A DNA stretch of 64,000 nt from Bdellovibrionota bacterium (GTDB lineage: Bacteria > Bdellovibrionota > UBA1018 > CAIPTA01 > JAALKR01): the NCBI GenBank assembly GCA_965207455.1, contig CBDBMJ010000001.1, forward strand, positions 640,001 through 704,000, given 5' to 3'. Positions 32,578 to 42,261 of the stretch are shown piece after piece. Each line of letters begins with the position of its first letter. The first letter of the stretch is position 1. The translations under genes and the position numbers were made by a program. The notes under the pieces were generated by a model, which saw nothing but the letters and a program-made list of their open reading frames with translations, ran no database searches and was not told the DNA's origin.

Positions 32578-33657
32578 CTAAGTTCCTGTGGCCATACTTT
32601 TTAACGGATTTAATTTTACAACTTCTGACCTATCCCAGTTTCTTGTTTTCCCTGACCAACGATTTGGGTTTTTTTGTTTTGCTCGCTCGTATACCGCTCG
32701 TCTCTTAGCTAATATCTTAACATCTTCACCTCTCCTGCGACTCCCTGGAGTTACAAAATTTATACCACTATGAAAGTGCTCTTCATTATACCAAGAAATA
32801 AATTCATCCATCCATTCCCTACATTCCTCAATAGATTCAAACGGTTTAAAGGGATAGCTTGGACAATATTTCAGTGTCCTAAACAAAGATTCTGAATAAG
32901 GGTTGTCATCGCTGACTCTCGGTCTATTAAAGGATGGAATCACTCCAAGTCTCTGGAGTGTTGCAAGCATGGTAGCTCCCTTCATTGGTCCTCCATTGTC
33001 TGAATGAATAACAAGCGCTCCTTCCTCTATCTTTTCTTGCTTACATAAATTTGATATCATTTGACTTGAAACTCTATCATTTTGTTCTGAGCTAATATCA
33101 TAGCCAACGATACTGCGATCAAAGATATCCATCACTAGGTACAGGTAAAATTACACACCTTTTATATTAGTTTTTAAATATGTTATGTCCCAACTCCAAA
33201 CTTCATTAGGACCTGTGGATACAAGCTCTCGAGGATTATTAACCTTACTTCCCTGCTTTTGCTTACCTCTATGGACTAGCATTCCCTCTTCTTTTAGACA
33301 GCGGTAAAAAGTAGATTCACTGGCTATATACTTTCCCTCATCGGCTAATGCGGGTACGATCTGTGCTGGCGGCTTATCCTGGAACCTTTCACTGTTTGCT
33401 ATTTTAAGAACTCTTTCTTTCTCCTCATCGCTTAATTTATTTGCTGGAACATTCTTGGAATCCTTCCTCCTATCTCCAACAGAATCTTTCTTCCAACGTC
33501 TATAGGTTTTGGGATCTACTCCCACCTGTATGCATGCCTTAAAGAGGCATGCCCCATTAGAGACAGCCTCTTCAATTTTTTTTAAACAATCTTTTCTATC
33601 TGCTAGCTCTGTTCGTCTTCCTCGTTTTTTCCCCATATCAGTTCCATCTTTTTTTTT
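32578..33657 (-). pseudogene. IS3-family OrfB (rve integrase) with an in-frame TAA at 33151-33153
   Basis: WSWDITYL..GV*FYLYLVMDIF, HSDNG and DNPYSESLF motifs; A9G slippery site at 33648-33657 links it to orfA. Confidence 0.88.
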
Positions 33658-34073
33658 AGAACCAACAGGGCACTAGCTTCTGCAAGAGCCTTATCTTTAC
33701 GAAGAATTTCTTTTTCCAAAATATGAATTTTCTTTTTCAATTGACGTTTCTCGGAAGGATCCTCCCTTTCACAAAGCTCACGCCTCCAGTCATTTATATC
33801 TCGATTAAAAAGTCCGTGCTTACGCAAATAGGCACCTCTACTTTCTTCCTCTTTGAGTTCTGCAATCTGCTCAATTGCTCCAAGTTTTTGTTTTCTACTC
33901 CAGTATTTATTTCCTTTTTTCATACTAGGCTCTTTACCACATTCCCTTACCCATTTGGATAGGGTGGGCTGTGATATATCAACCTCACGGCTGAGAGCAT
34001 AAGCACTGGGACCACGAGGAGATAACATCTTCTGAACCATCGTTTTCTTTATTTCTTCTGAATATAGCTTCAT
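33603..34073 (-). CDS. IS3-family OrfA (HTH)
   Basis: YSEEIK...ISQPTLSKW and KDKALAEASALLVLKKK, ending at the frameshift motif. Confidence 0.88.
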   Translation of the reverse strand: MKLYSEEIKKTMVQKMLSPRGPSAYALSREVDISQPTLSKWVRECGKEPSMKKGNKYWSRKQKLGAIEQIAELKEEESRGAYLRKHGLFNRDINDWRRELCEREDPSEKRQLKKKIHILEKEILRKDKALAEASALLVLKKKMELIWGKNEEDEQS

Positions 34074-34396
34074 AATAAAGCCTTTCTAGCCCCCTATTGT
34101 TGATGAAAGAACTACGAGATTACGGCTTTTAAGAAAAATCAGCCGAACTCACGCAGATCGTGAAAAGGGACAACTTCCCTGAAACAGGGGGCTCCATTGT
34201 GCGAAGTATAAAAAATAAAATCCAATAAATAAGATAATAAAAGTCTGGTACTATACTGTTAATTAGTGAATAATTAGCTTTTTGCAATACATCAGACTCT
34301 CAGAGTCAAATTAAAAATCAGTAAGTCCCTTGAAACACAAAGCTTTTAACAATTAGAATTATTTTTTTTAAAATATAATTCAAAGCGATATTTTTA

Positions 34397-34518
34397 TTGA
34401 CAGGTATAACCCCGTGCGATATGTTCGGTGCATTGATGAGGTTGAAAGGCTTCATCAATGGGAAAAATAGGCCCTCCCCAATTAAGTTAAGTGGTGCTTT
34501 TAATAAAAGGAGAAAATA
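34397..34518 (+). promoter_or_regulatory. Promoter and structured leader, paralogous to 35063..35161
   Basis: TTGACA-N17-TATGTT; hairpin CATTGATGAGGTT-GAAA-GGCTTCATCAATG; GGGA...TCCC; AAGGAG. Confidence 0.6.
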
Positions 34519-34848
34519 ATGAAAAACATAATCGTAACAACACTAGTAATAATGCTAGGAATACAGGCACCTTTATCTGCATCTGCAGAGGGGACAAACA
34601 ATAACATCGAGGATACACGGCTTGAGTTTATTCAAAGCTTTGATGCTCTTCTTGCAGAAGGTACGCTTAGTCAAGAACAAGCAGAGCTTGTACAGGACTA
34701 TATAGATGATATAAAGACGGGAACCCCTGAGCAAATAGCTGAGTTGCAAAACTTAGTGAACCAAGAAACACAGACAGCAGGCTTCATTGTAAGTGGTGTC
34801 GGACTTGCCCTTGTGATTCTTGCACTTGGTGTGGTTTTTGCACTATAA
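34519..34848 (+). CDS. Small exported protein with a C-terminal TM helix (PA2779-like architecture)
   Basis: Signal peptide, acidic helical region, then TAG followed by a hydrophobic tail. Confidence 0.7.
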   Translation: MKNIIVTTLVIMLGIQAPLSASAEGTNNNIEDTRLEFIQSFDALLAEGTLSQEQAELVQDYIDDIKTGTPEQIAELQNLVNQETQTAGFIVSGVGLALVILALGVVFAL

Positions 34849-34872
34849 AAAATAAAAAATAATTAAAAATAT

Positions 34873-34913
34873 AAAAGCACTCAAGAGAACGTATTTCTTG
34901 AGTGTTTTTTTTT
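34873..34913 (+). terminator. Intrinsic terminator
   Basis: AAAAGCACTCAAGA-loop-TCTTGAGTG followed by a T-run. Confidence 0.85.
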
Positions 34914-35161
34914 ATTCTCTTAACAGACCGCTGTATTTTCACTTTCATTTAAAAGCCTAAATTTATAGGGGAAACAGCAATAAGATTATACGTCGTGTTA
35001 TGAAATTTCCTTTTACTGAGGTGTGAGTTTTTAGATTTGTCCTTACACAGAATCATTTTTTATTGACGCCCTAAATAGCGCTATGATAGGTTCGCAGCAT
35101 TAGATTTAGGGAAAACAGTGTCCTCCCAAATAAAATGGTGTTTTATAAAGGAGTAATAAAA

Positions 35162-36259
35162 ATGTTAAAAAAAGTATATGTACTTATAGTCGCAAGTTTT
35201 TTTATGATGAATATGAATGCCTGTAAAAACGATAGTAAACTGACTATGATGACCCAAAACCTATATTTGGGTGCTGATATTAGTAGGCTAATTAAAGGGG
35301 GGGAAGGGAATGATCCTGTCTCTATTTGGAGAACTGTCCAGTACACCCGATTCCAGGATAGGGCAGTGGCTTTAGCAAAAACTATGGCTCGCCACAAGCC
35401 TCATGTAATTGCTCTACAGGAAGTAAGCCACTATACAATTGCGCTTGCAAGTAATGGTTATGTATTAGTAGATTTATCCTTTCAAGATGTTTTGATGGGA
35501 GCGCTGGAAGCTCAAGGTCTTCATTATAGGGCTGTGGCACGATCTCCTGGAGTAGACAGAACATTTCCAGCTAGTCTGCCAGATGTTGGAGACGTAAATG
35601 TACGATATCAGGGTTACAATTTATTGCTTGTAGACCCGTCCATTGAGGTGAGCAATACAGTTGAGGGAGAATATAATGCTCAATTGTCCCTCCCCCTAGG
35701 AGATGGGACTGTTACGTTTACAAGAGGCTATACAGTGTCTGAGCTAAAAAAAGGGGGCGTTTCTTTTGCTGTGGCGAATACCCATTTAGAATTACATCCT
35801 AGTATTCAATTGGCACAAGCTGGGGAACTCATGGAGGTAGTGAAAGACCTAGGCACAGACACTTTTGTTATGGGAGATATTAATAGCGCAGCTCCAAACA
35901 TCGCTTCGGAATCTGAAAATACAAACACTGCCACCTATACTTCCTTTCTAGAGGGTGGTTTTCGGGATGCTTTTCTGGATGTAAATGCAGACTCTTTGGC
36001 TACAAGCACTTGTTGTTTTAGTGAAACTCTCGATGAAGAGAAAGGCGACTTGAGTGAAGGGCGCATTGACCATATTCTCTATCGAAGGGGAAATAACTCT
36101 GTGGTTACTAAGAGGCGAATGCGAGTATTTTTTACAGGAAATAAAAGTACTGATAAAACTCCTGGCAGTGATGAGTCACCATCCCTTTGGCCCTCAGATC
36201 ACTTAGGTGTGGTAATGGAGCTGAATTCTCAGAAAGCAAAGAGAACGCCAATTCGTTAA
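35162..36259 (+). CDS. Endonuclease/exonuclease/phosphatase (EEP) family lipoprotein
   Basis: MTQNLYLG, ALQEV, NTHLE, GDINS, RIDHI and PSDH motifs; lipobox-like MNAC; AAGGAG before ATG 35162. Confidence 0.88.
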   Translation: MLKKVYVLIVASFFMMNMNACKNDSKLTMMTQNLYLGADISRLIKGGEGNDPVSIWRTVQYTRFQDRAVALAKTMARHKPHVIALQEVSHYTIALASNGYVLVDLSFQDVLMGALEAQGLHYRAVARSPGVDRTFPASLPDVGDVNVRYQGYNLLLVDPSIEVSNTVEGEYNAQLSLPLGDGTVTFTRGYTVSELKKGGVSFAVANTHLELHPSIQLAQAGELMEVVKDLGTDTFVMGDINSAAPNIASESENTNTATYTSFLEGGFRDAFLDVNADSLATSTCCFSETLDEEKGDLSEGRIDHILYRRGNNSVVTKRRMRVFFTGNKSTDKTPGSDESPSLWPSDHLGVVMELNSQKAKRTPIR

Positions 36260-36416
36260 AACAATAGTTTTTCAGTCGAGTACTGCCTGCGAGATAGTGT
36301 GTTAGACTATGGAGTGTAGGAGGGAATGGATTCCTGTATAAGGATGTGACGCATTGTCTCATGCCAGGAAGATTTACTATTCCCTTGATCATTAAAACAA
36401 TGGAGTTGTTTTATTC

Positions 36417-39400
36417 ATGTGGAAGAAAATAAAGCATAGACAGTTTTTCGTAGGTCTATTTCTATGCCTTCTTGTGCTTTCTTCTTTTTTTATCTTCTTT
36501 AGGTTTCAGGAAGATATTTCCCAAGAAAGGAATCTCGGTTCTTTTTTCAGTGGAGATCAAGAAGCTTTCGGCATTGAATTTTCTAATCAAAAAACTGATT
36601 TATTTATTCGAAATTTTTATTCCATTTTTTTAAAAAATTTTATTGAAGAGAATTTGCAGAGTTTATATTTAAAGGATTCTTTTTTTCACGCTTCAGATGT
36701 TTCCTATTGTATTCAAGATCAATATAAAAATTTTGAAACAGAGCCTATAGATAAAATTTGGAAAAAATGTTGGGGCATGCCCAATACTCTCGTAACTATA
36801 ATGGAACATAAGATGAAGTATTCATGCCAGTCTTTTCGTTGTACAATAGGAAGAGAGTTCCATCCTATTCCCGCATTCTTTAATTTTCATGAACTTCGTT
36901 TTCCAAAGTTTAAGCTTTCTGAAAATTTTGAAGTGTCTCATCTTGGAAATAATGTATTTGAAATGCTTACTTGTCTAGAGGATTTTGCCATAGAGGGGAA
37001 TATTACTCTTTCTTCTCTAAAAGAAGGTTTACCTTTACACCATAGCCCTAATTTGTTAGCCTCTTATAAAGACAGCCCGCCTATTTGTATCAAATTACAG
37101 CTTATAATAGAGCATAATAAAAACGGTAAATCTGAGATTAGAGTTAGTAATGCAACTGATATTACGTTTGAATCTGAAAATTTTTCTGTTAATATTTTGG
37201 ATACTGATAAGAAAGAATATTTTAATGAAGAATTATCACACTTAGGCACGTACTTTCTTAGAGAAAACCCTTTGCTGAAAAAAGCAAAATTAACATTATA
37301 CAGAGAGCTAATGGGTAATTATTTTAGCGATATAGATAAGTCAAAGTTAAATGAAAAAGCTCAAGTGCTTTTTATTAATGGTTTTAACTTTGAAAAAATA
37401 AAATCTATTGGAAAAGAAACTAGAATGGATGAGTTAATTGAGCACTCTTCAAATATATTATGGCGATATTTTTCAGAAAGTGCGGAAGAACCATTTTCGG
37501 TTCATTATAATCCATTTTATATTCGGATGTATGACCTATTGAGAGAAAATAAATTATGGGATGAGCTTGAGTTTAATATAAATTTTAATGATAAAGAATA
37601 CTCCAGATCCTACTTTAGTGCGGATAGAGGTACAATGCCATTTATTTTGAAAATGAAATTAATTGATTTTAATTTAAAAAAGAAAATACTTTATAAAGAA
37701 GAATTCAAGCCTATTTTATTAGATGCTATTCAAGATACATTATATTCTATTTTGGGTATTTCTTATGATGTTCAAATTCCAGAGAGGATACATTGGAAAA
37801 ATATTGATTTTGATAAATATAAATTCTTTAATGAAGCTGATTCTACAGATGAAAGCAGATATGACGATCAGATGAAGACCATAATCTCATTCTTTACTAC
37901 AGGAAATCTTTTAGCAAATGAACTGAATGAAATGGATAGGAGAGTTAAAGCATTTAATGTTTTGAATGCTGATAAGAAAGAATCTTCAGAGAGCCACAAA
38001 TCTTTAGATGAACTATTATCAAGCTTAGGCACATACTTTTTTAGAGAAAACCCTTTGTTGAAAAAAGCAAAATTAACATTATACGGAGAGCTAATGGGTA
38101 ATTATTTTAGCGGCATAGATAGCTCAAAGTTAAATGAAAAAGCTCAAGTACTTTTTGTTAATGGCTTTAACTTTGAAGAAATAAAGTCTGTTGGAAAAGA
38201 AACTAGAATGGATGAATTAATTGAGCACTCTTCAAATGTATTGTGGGAATACTTTTTAGAAAGCAAGGAAAAACCGTTTTCGATTCATTATAATCCATTT
38301 TATATTCGGATATATGACCTATTGAGAGAAAATAAATTATGGAATGAACTTGAGTTTAGCATGAATTTTAATAATAAAAAATATTTCAAATCTTACTTTA
38401 ATGAGAATAAAGACACAATGCCATTTATTTTAAAAATGAAATTAATTGACCTTAATTTAAAAAAGAAAACATTTTACAAAAAAGAATTCAAGCCTGTTTT
38501 ATTAGATGCTATTCAAGATGTATTATATTCTGTTTTGGGTATTTCTTATGATATTAAAATTCAAGAGAGGATGCTTTGGAAAGAGACTGATCTCGATAAA
38601 TATGAATTATTTAAAGGAGCTGATCTTGCCAGCCTTATGAATGAAAATAAATACGATGATCAGGGAAATATTATTATCTCATTCTTTATTAGAGGATATT
38701 ATTTGGCAAGTCAACTGAATGGAATGGATATAAGCAGATCATTACTTATTCAGTATACTTTATTTAGAGATAGTAAAATATTTAGAGATAGTAAGAATTT
38801 TACAAATTCCCCGGCTTTTGTGGATTGGTTAAAGAAAGTTCATTTAAACTATATTTTCCCTTTAGTTTTTAAGAATCTTAATAAAAAAATGGATAACCTT
38901 GATTTTTCTTTTTATATGAAAGGTGATGCCTCTGAGGATGACTCCAATGTAGAATCAGAATGTTTTTTTGAAGAAGAACCTCTTGCTTACAATTTTAAAT
39001 TGGTAGCGCCCAAGAATTCTTTACGGCAATATTTAAAAAAAATTCATGAAGAACGATTTATGGGAAAAACTTTTTTTATTAAAGAGTCAAAAAGTTCTGG
39101 AGATGGAACAAATATTGAGAATAAAATGATTTTATTAGAGGATAATAAGATTCATAAAGGAGATGGTGTGTTTGTTAAATTCCACAAACCCCTTAAGGTT
39201 TCTTTTGAAAAAAGAAAAAAAACAGTTGAATCTGAAAAATTTCTCCGAGTTTTAGGAGGCAAGCGAGACAAAAAACTTAAAAAACATGATTTCATAAAAA
39301 TAGATGCTCCTTTCCATTTTAAAAAAAAGACGAAGCATGGGTTTATGGAAAAATTTTTTAATCTGGCTTTTTCTACTGACTCTGGAGAATGTAGTGAACA

Positions 39401-39716
39401 GTTCCGGATACGATTGCAGGAGAACAAAAAAAATACCTCTGAAATTGCATTATCTGTCTTGCAGGACAGAGACTGTAGTTCTGTAGTTCAACAATTTTTT
39501 CTAAAAGCAGTTTTATCCTATTTTTTAAGTCCATTTATTCCCATTGTTGCTATACTTAACCAGTCATTTTCTTTAGACTATAAAGCCAGTTCAGGTATGG
39601 ATGATAGTTTTTCCATTGTGAGGTTATTCTTGAAAAAATATCGTATCGTGAATATGTGTGAATCTTCCAAAAAACTGGTATTTTTCATTGAGCTCAAGCC
39701 TTCGTCTTCACTCTGA
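36417..39716 (+). CDS. Large membrane-anchored hypothetical protein with an internal duplication of about 255 aa
   Basis: 1099-aa ORF; N-terminal TM; block LGTYF.RENPLLKKAKLTLY...QLNGMD present twice. Confidence 0.75.
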   Translation: MWKKIKHRQFFVGLFLCLLVLSSFFIFFRFQEDISQERNLGSFFSGDQEAFGIEFSNQKTDLFIRNFYSIFLKNFIEENLQSLYLKDSFFHASDVSYCIQDQYKNFETEPIDKIWKKCWGMPNTLVTIMEHKMKYSCQSFRCTIGREFHPIPAFFNFHELRFPKFKLSENFEVSHLGNNVFEMLTCLEDFAIEGNITLSSLKEGLPLHHSPNLLASYKDSPPICIKLQLIIEHNKNGKSEIRVSNATDITFESENFSVNILDTDKKEYFNEELSHLGTYFLRENPLLKKAKLTLYRELMGNYFSDIDKSKLNEKAQVLFINGFNFEKIKSIGKETRMDELIEHSSNILWRYFSESAEEPFSVHYNPFYIRMYDLLRENKLWDELEFNINFNDKEYSRSYFSADRGTMPFILKMKLIDFNLKKKILYKEEFKPILLDAIQDTLYSILGISYDVQIPERIHWKNIDFDKYKFFNEADSTDESRYDDQMKTIISFFTTGNLLANELNEMDRRVKAFNVLNADKKESSESHKSLDELLSSLGTYFFRENPLLKKAKLTLYGELMGNYFSGIDSSKLNEKAQVLFVNGFNFEEIKSVGKETRMDELIEHSSNVLWEYFLESKEKPFSIHYNPFYIRIYDLLRENKLWNELEFSMNFNNKKYFKSYFNENKDTMPFILKMKLIDLNLKKKTFYKKEFKPVLLDAIQDVLYSVLGISYDIKIQERMLWKETDLDKYELFKGADLASLMNENKYDDQGNIIISFFIRGYYLASQLNGMDISRSLLIQYTLFRDSKIFRDSKNFTNSPAFVDWLKKVHLNYIFPLVFKNLNKKMDNLDFSFYMKGDASEDDSNVESECFFEEEPLAYNFKLVAPKNSLRQYLKKIHEERFMGKTFFIKESKSSGDGTNIENKMILLEDNKIHKGDGVFVKFHKPLKVSFEKRKKTVESEKFLRVLGGKRDKKLKKHDFIKIDAPFHFKKKTKHGFMEKFFNLAFSTDSGECSEQFRIRLQENKKNTSEIALSVLQDRDCSSVVQQFFLKAVLSYFLSPFIPIVAILNQSFSLDYKASSGMDDSFSIVRLFLKKYRIVNMCESSKKLVFFIELKPSSSL
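37189..38735 (+). repeat. Intragenic tandem duplication (about 37189-37940 and about 37954-38735)
   Basis: Long near-identical DNA and protein blocks; boundaries approximate. Confidence 0.9.
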
Positions 39717-39895
39717 TCTTTTCTATGGTCTTTAGGAGAATGTGAGATGCTTGGAAACAGTGCGTCGCACCTTCCATTTTTTCTTTTTCTATTTAATGAT
39801 TTACTGGATTTTTACTTGTTGTATTACTAAATAAAAAATGTTGTACTATTTGTGCTTGTATAAATTTTCAAGAGAAGAGGGAGAATTCTTACATT

Positions 39896-40546
39896 ATGTT
39901 TGATACCGAAGAGACGCTAAGTACGTATAGAAAATTCAGAAAACATATATACACGCATGGCGTCGATATTTTTGGAGAGAGCATCTTCTTTTCCAGCAAA
40001 GAATATTTTTATCTAGGTTTTATAAACGAAAAAGAGAGTACAGAAGCAGAAAAAGAAGCCTTTGAAGATTGGCATACGTTTAATTGGATTTTTTCCCATA
40101 CCACAGCTAAAGGCAAACCAACGGCACCGAATCGTAAGAGAATTGCAGCAAATTTTTTAGAATGGCATGGGTCAAAAATTGCAGAAAGAGATCAACTGCT
40201 AATCCAGAAAAGCATGGACAGTGTACTAGCCTTCTATCAGGTTTTGAAAAAAGATGTTCAAGGGGAGCGAATTTACCTAAAGGATATGCTCCTAGGACAG
40301 GAACTTTGGACTTATTATCCCTTGGACCTGAATGTGCAGGAGGGCTGTTTTCTTTGGGCAAAGATTATTGAATGGAACGATAGCTCTCTGCTGCTCACAC
40401 ATGGTGATACCCTGCTCTCTTTAGAAGATGGAATTGACACGTTGAGAAGCTGGGCCTACTCCTCTTCAAAGTCTGTGGAAGGAGAAATGCGTGAGATTTA
40501 TTGGCTCTCTCGGATGGAAAATAAAAAAGTAATTCCCATGCGTTAA
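39896..40546 (+). CDS. Hypothetical protein
   Basis: 216-aa ORF with a purine-rich RBS; no family recognised with confidence. Confidence 0.6.
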   Translation: MFDTEETLSTYRKFRKHIYTHGVDIFGESIFFSSKEYFYLGFINEKESTEAEKEAFEDWHTFNWIFSHTTAKGKPTAPNRKRIAANFLEWHGSKIAERDQLLIQKSMDSVLAFYQVLKKDVQGERIYLKDMLLGQELWTYYPLDLNVQEGCFLWAKIIEWNDSSLLLTHGDTLLSLEDGIDTLRSWAYSSSKSVEGEMREIYWLSRMENKKVIPMR

Positions 40547-40587
40547 TTCAATTCCCTTGTCCCCCTTTTTTTCGTATACATAAACGT

Positions 40588-41355
40588 ATGAACTTCAATG
40601 GAAAGAATAAGGAGTATACAGCTGTTCTACTGGCCGCAGGCTATGGCTCGAGAATAGCAAGCCTAACGGATAAACCCAAATGCCTCCTTTCTTTAGGCAA
40701 AAAAACCCTTTTAGAAAGGCACCTAGACACCTGGAAGGACCTAGGAATCCAAAATGTTCATATTGTCCTAGGCTATAAAGCAAGCTCCATTGAACCTATC
40801 GCCAATAAATATACCCAGCACTTTCAAATCACCTATCTAGTGAACGAGGACTTTCGTAATTGTGGCAATACCTTTTCTTTATACTTGGGTATTAAGGGCG
40901 TCCAAGGACCATGCCTGATTTTTGATGCAGACCTTGCCTATGATCCCATCATCTTAGATGATTTTTTAAAAAATGGACCCAATAGTGAGATGGCAGTGGC
41001 TCCAGTAAGTATGGATAATATGGAAGCCACAAAAGCCCTAGTGGATGAAAAGAAACATATACGAGTGCTAGCAGATAAAAGACCCATCCAAGAAAGTGAA
41101 CTATTGAAATACCGCTTTATGGGAGAAGCAATTGGGATTTTAAAATTTTCAAGTAATGGAACATCTAACTTAAAAAAACATGCTAAAAGTTTTCTCTCCA
41201 TACCGAAAAATTTGAATTTAAACTGGGAATATTTGATGAACGAATATTTATTGAGTAATGATGTTGGTGCCCATATGACCCAAGAAGGAAACTGTATAGA
41301 GATTGATACTCCAGAGGATTTTAAAATGGCAAAATCCCTTTTTGGTTATAATTGA
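40588..41355 (+). CDS. NTP transferase, LicC/PntC-like phosphocholine/phosphonate cytidylyltransferase
   Basis: AVLLAAGYGSRI...DKPKCLL and EIDTPED motifs; phosphonate cluster context. Confidence 0.85.
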   Translation: MNFNGKNKEYTAVLLAAGYGSRIASLTDKPKCLLSLGKKTLLERHLDTWKDLGIQNVHIVLGYKASSIEPIANKYTQHFQITYLVNEDFRNCGNTFSLYLGIKGVQGPCLIFDADLAYDPIILDDFLKNGPNSEMAVAPVSMDNMEATKALVDEKKHIRVLADKRPIQESELLKYRFMGEAIGILKFSSNGTSNLKKHAKSFLSIPKNLNLNWEYLMNEYLLSNDVGAHMTQEGNCIEIDTPEDFKMAKSLFGYN

Positions 41356-41379
41356 AGACCTGACTTTGAAAGGAAAATA

Positions 41380-42261
41380 GTGTTTTCTTTAGCAGAATAC
41401 AAACGTAGCATACGACCATTTTATTTAGAAGAACCAATGGACTATTGTTTCTTTCGTCCTATTGCCTATATTATTGTAAAACTCACATGGAATCTTCCTT
41501 TAAAACCCGATCATTTTTCCATATGTTCTTTAATCGTGTCTATTCTATCAGCATATTTTCTGTCGACGGGCACGCCCAATGGATTTTTACTTGGAGGCCT
41601 AGGAATGCTTGCCTTTGGTGTCTGGGATTGCTGCGACGGAATGTTAGCGAGACTCAAAAATAACGGTTCGAAATATGGAGAATTTATCGACATGTTTGTG
41701 GATTTAATTTCCTCTGCTGCTGCTTATATTGGCCTATCCATAGGTCTTTACAATTCGACAACCCTCTCCCTTCCTCCATACTTGGCTATCTTTTCTGCCC
41801 TTTGCCTTTTGCTACACCTGAGCCGATACCAACACTATAAGAAACAGTACCTTTTCTATCTAAAGGGGGACCCCGAAGGCAGGGCTCAGGAAGTAGATAA
41901 ATATAAACAAGAGTATGAAAATCACTCCAAAGGAATTTTTGAAAAAATCCTTCTTCGTATGTTCCTTGTATATAACCGGATTCAACCGAAGCCTAGGAAG
42001 GACATGGAAACTGAAAAATACCTAAAATATAATAAAATCACTTTGCCACTATGGGGAGTGATTTCTGGAGCGTCCCATCTTTTTGTACTTTTTTGTACCC
42101 TGGTATTTCAAAGAATAGATTTATATTTTATGTACGCCCTTATCTTTGGAAATATTTGGTTTGTTATAATACTTTCTCTTCAAACACAAATAAATCGCCA
42201 TATCTCCATCAAGCCTTTGTCCTCTCAAAATAAACGAATAAAGGCTCTAGGGGAAAAGTAA
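41380..42261 (+). CDS. CDP-alcohol phosphatidyltransferase family protein
   Basis: Signature DxxDGxxAR-x8-GxxxDxxxD (DCCDGMLARLKNNGSKYGEFIDMFVD). Confidence 0.9.
   Translation: MFSLAEYKRSIRPFYLEEPMDYCFFRPIAYIIVKLTWNLPLKPDHFSICSLIVSILSAYFLSTGTPNGFLLGGLGMLAFGVWDCCDGMLARLKNNGSKYGEFIDMFVDLISSAAAYIGLSIGLYNSTTLSLPPYLAIFSALCLLLHLSRYQHYKKQYLFYLKGDPEGRAQEVDKYKQEYENHSKGIFEKILLRMFLVYNRIQPKPRKDMETEKYLKYNKITLPLWGVISGASHLFVLFCTLVFQRIDLYFMYALIFGNIWFVIILSLQTQINRHISIKPLSSQNKRIKALGEK

Larger units (their letters stand above)
32102..34191 (-). mobile_element. IS3-family element (about 2.09 kb) with a long 3' non-transposase region
   Basis: Imperfect 25-bp IRs CGGTGGTTTTCAGGATAGTTGTCCC / CCCCCTGTTTCAGGGAAGTTGTCCC; orfA and orfB inside. 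Confidence 0.8.

Noticed and set aside
36286..36368. Integron attC site or SRP RNA
   Set aside because: GTTAGAC is present but not in an RYYYAAC...GTTRRRY arrangement and there is no integrase; the SRP helix-8 motif is absent
37189..38735. Diversity-generating retroelement TR/VR pair
   Set aside because: Both copies are in-frame coding and about 750 bp; differences are not confined to adenines; no reverse transcriptase in the window
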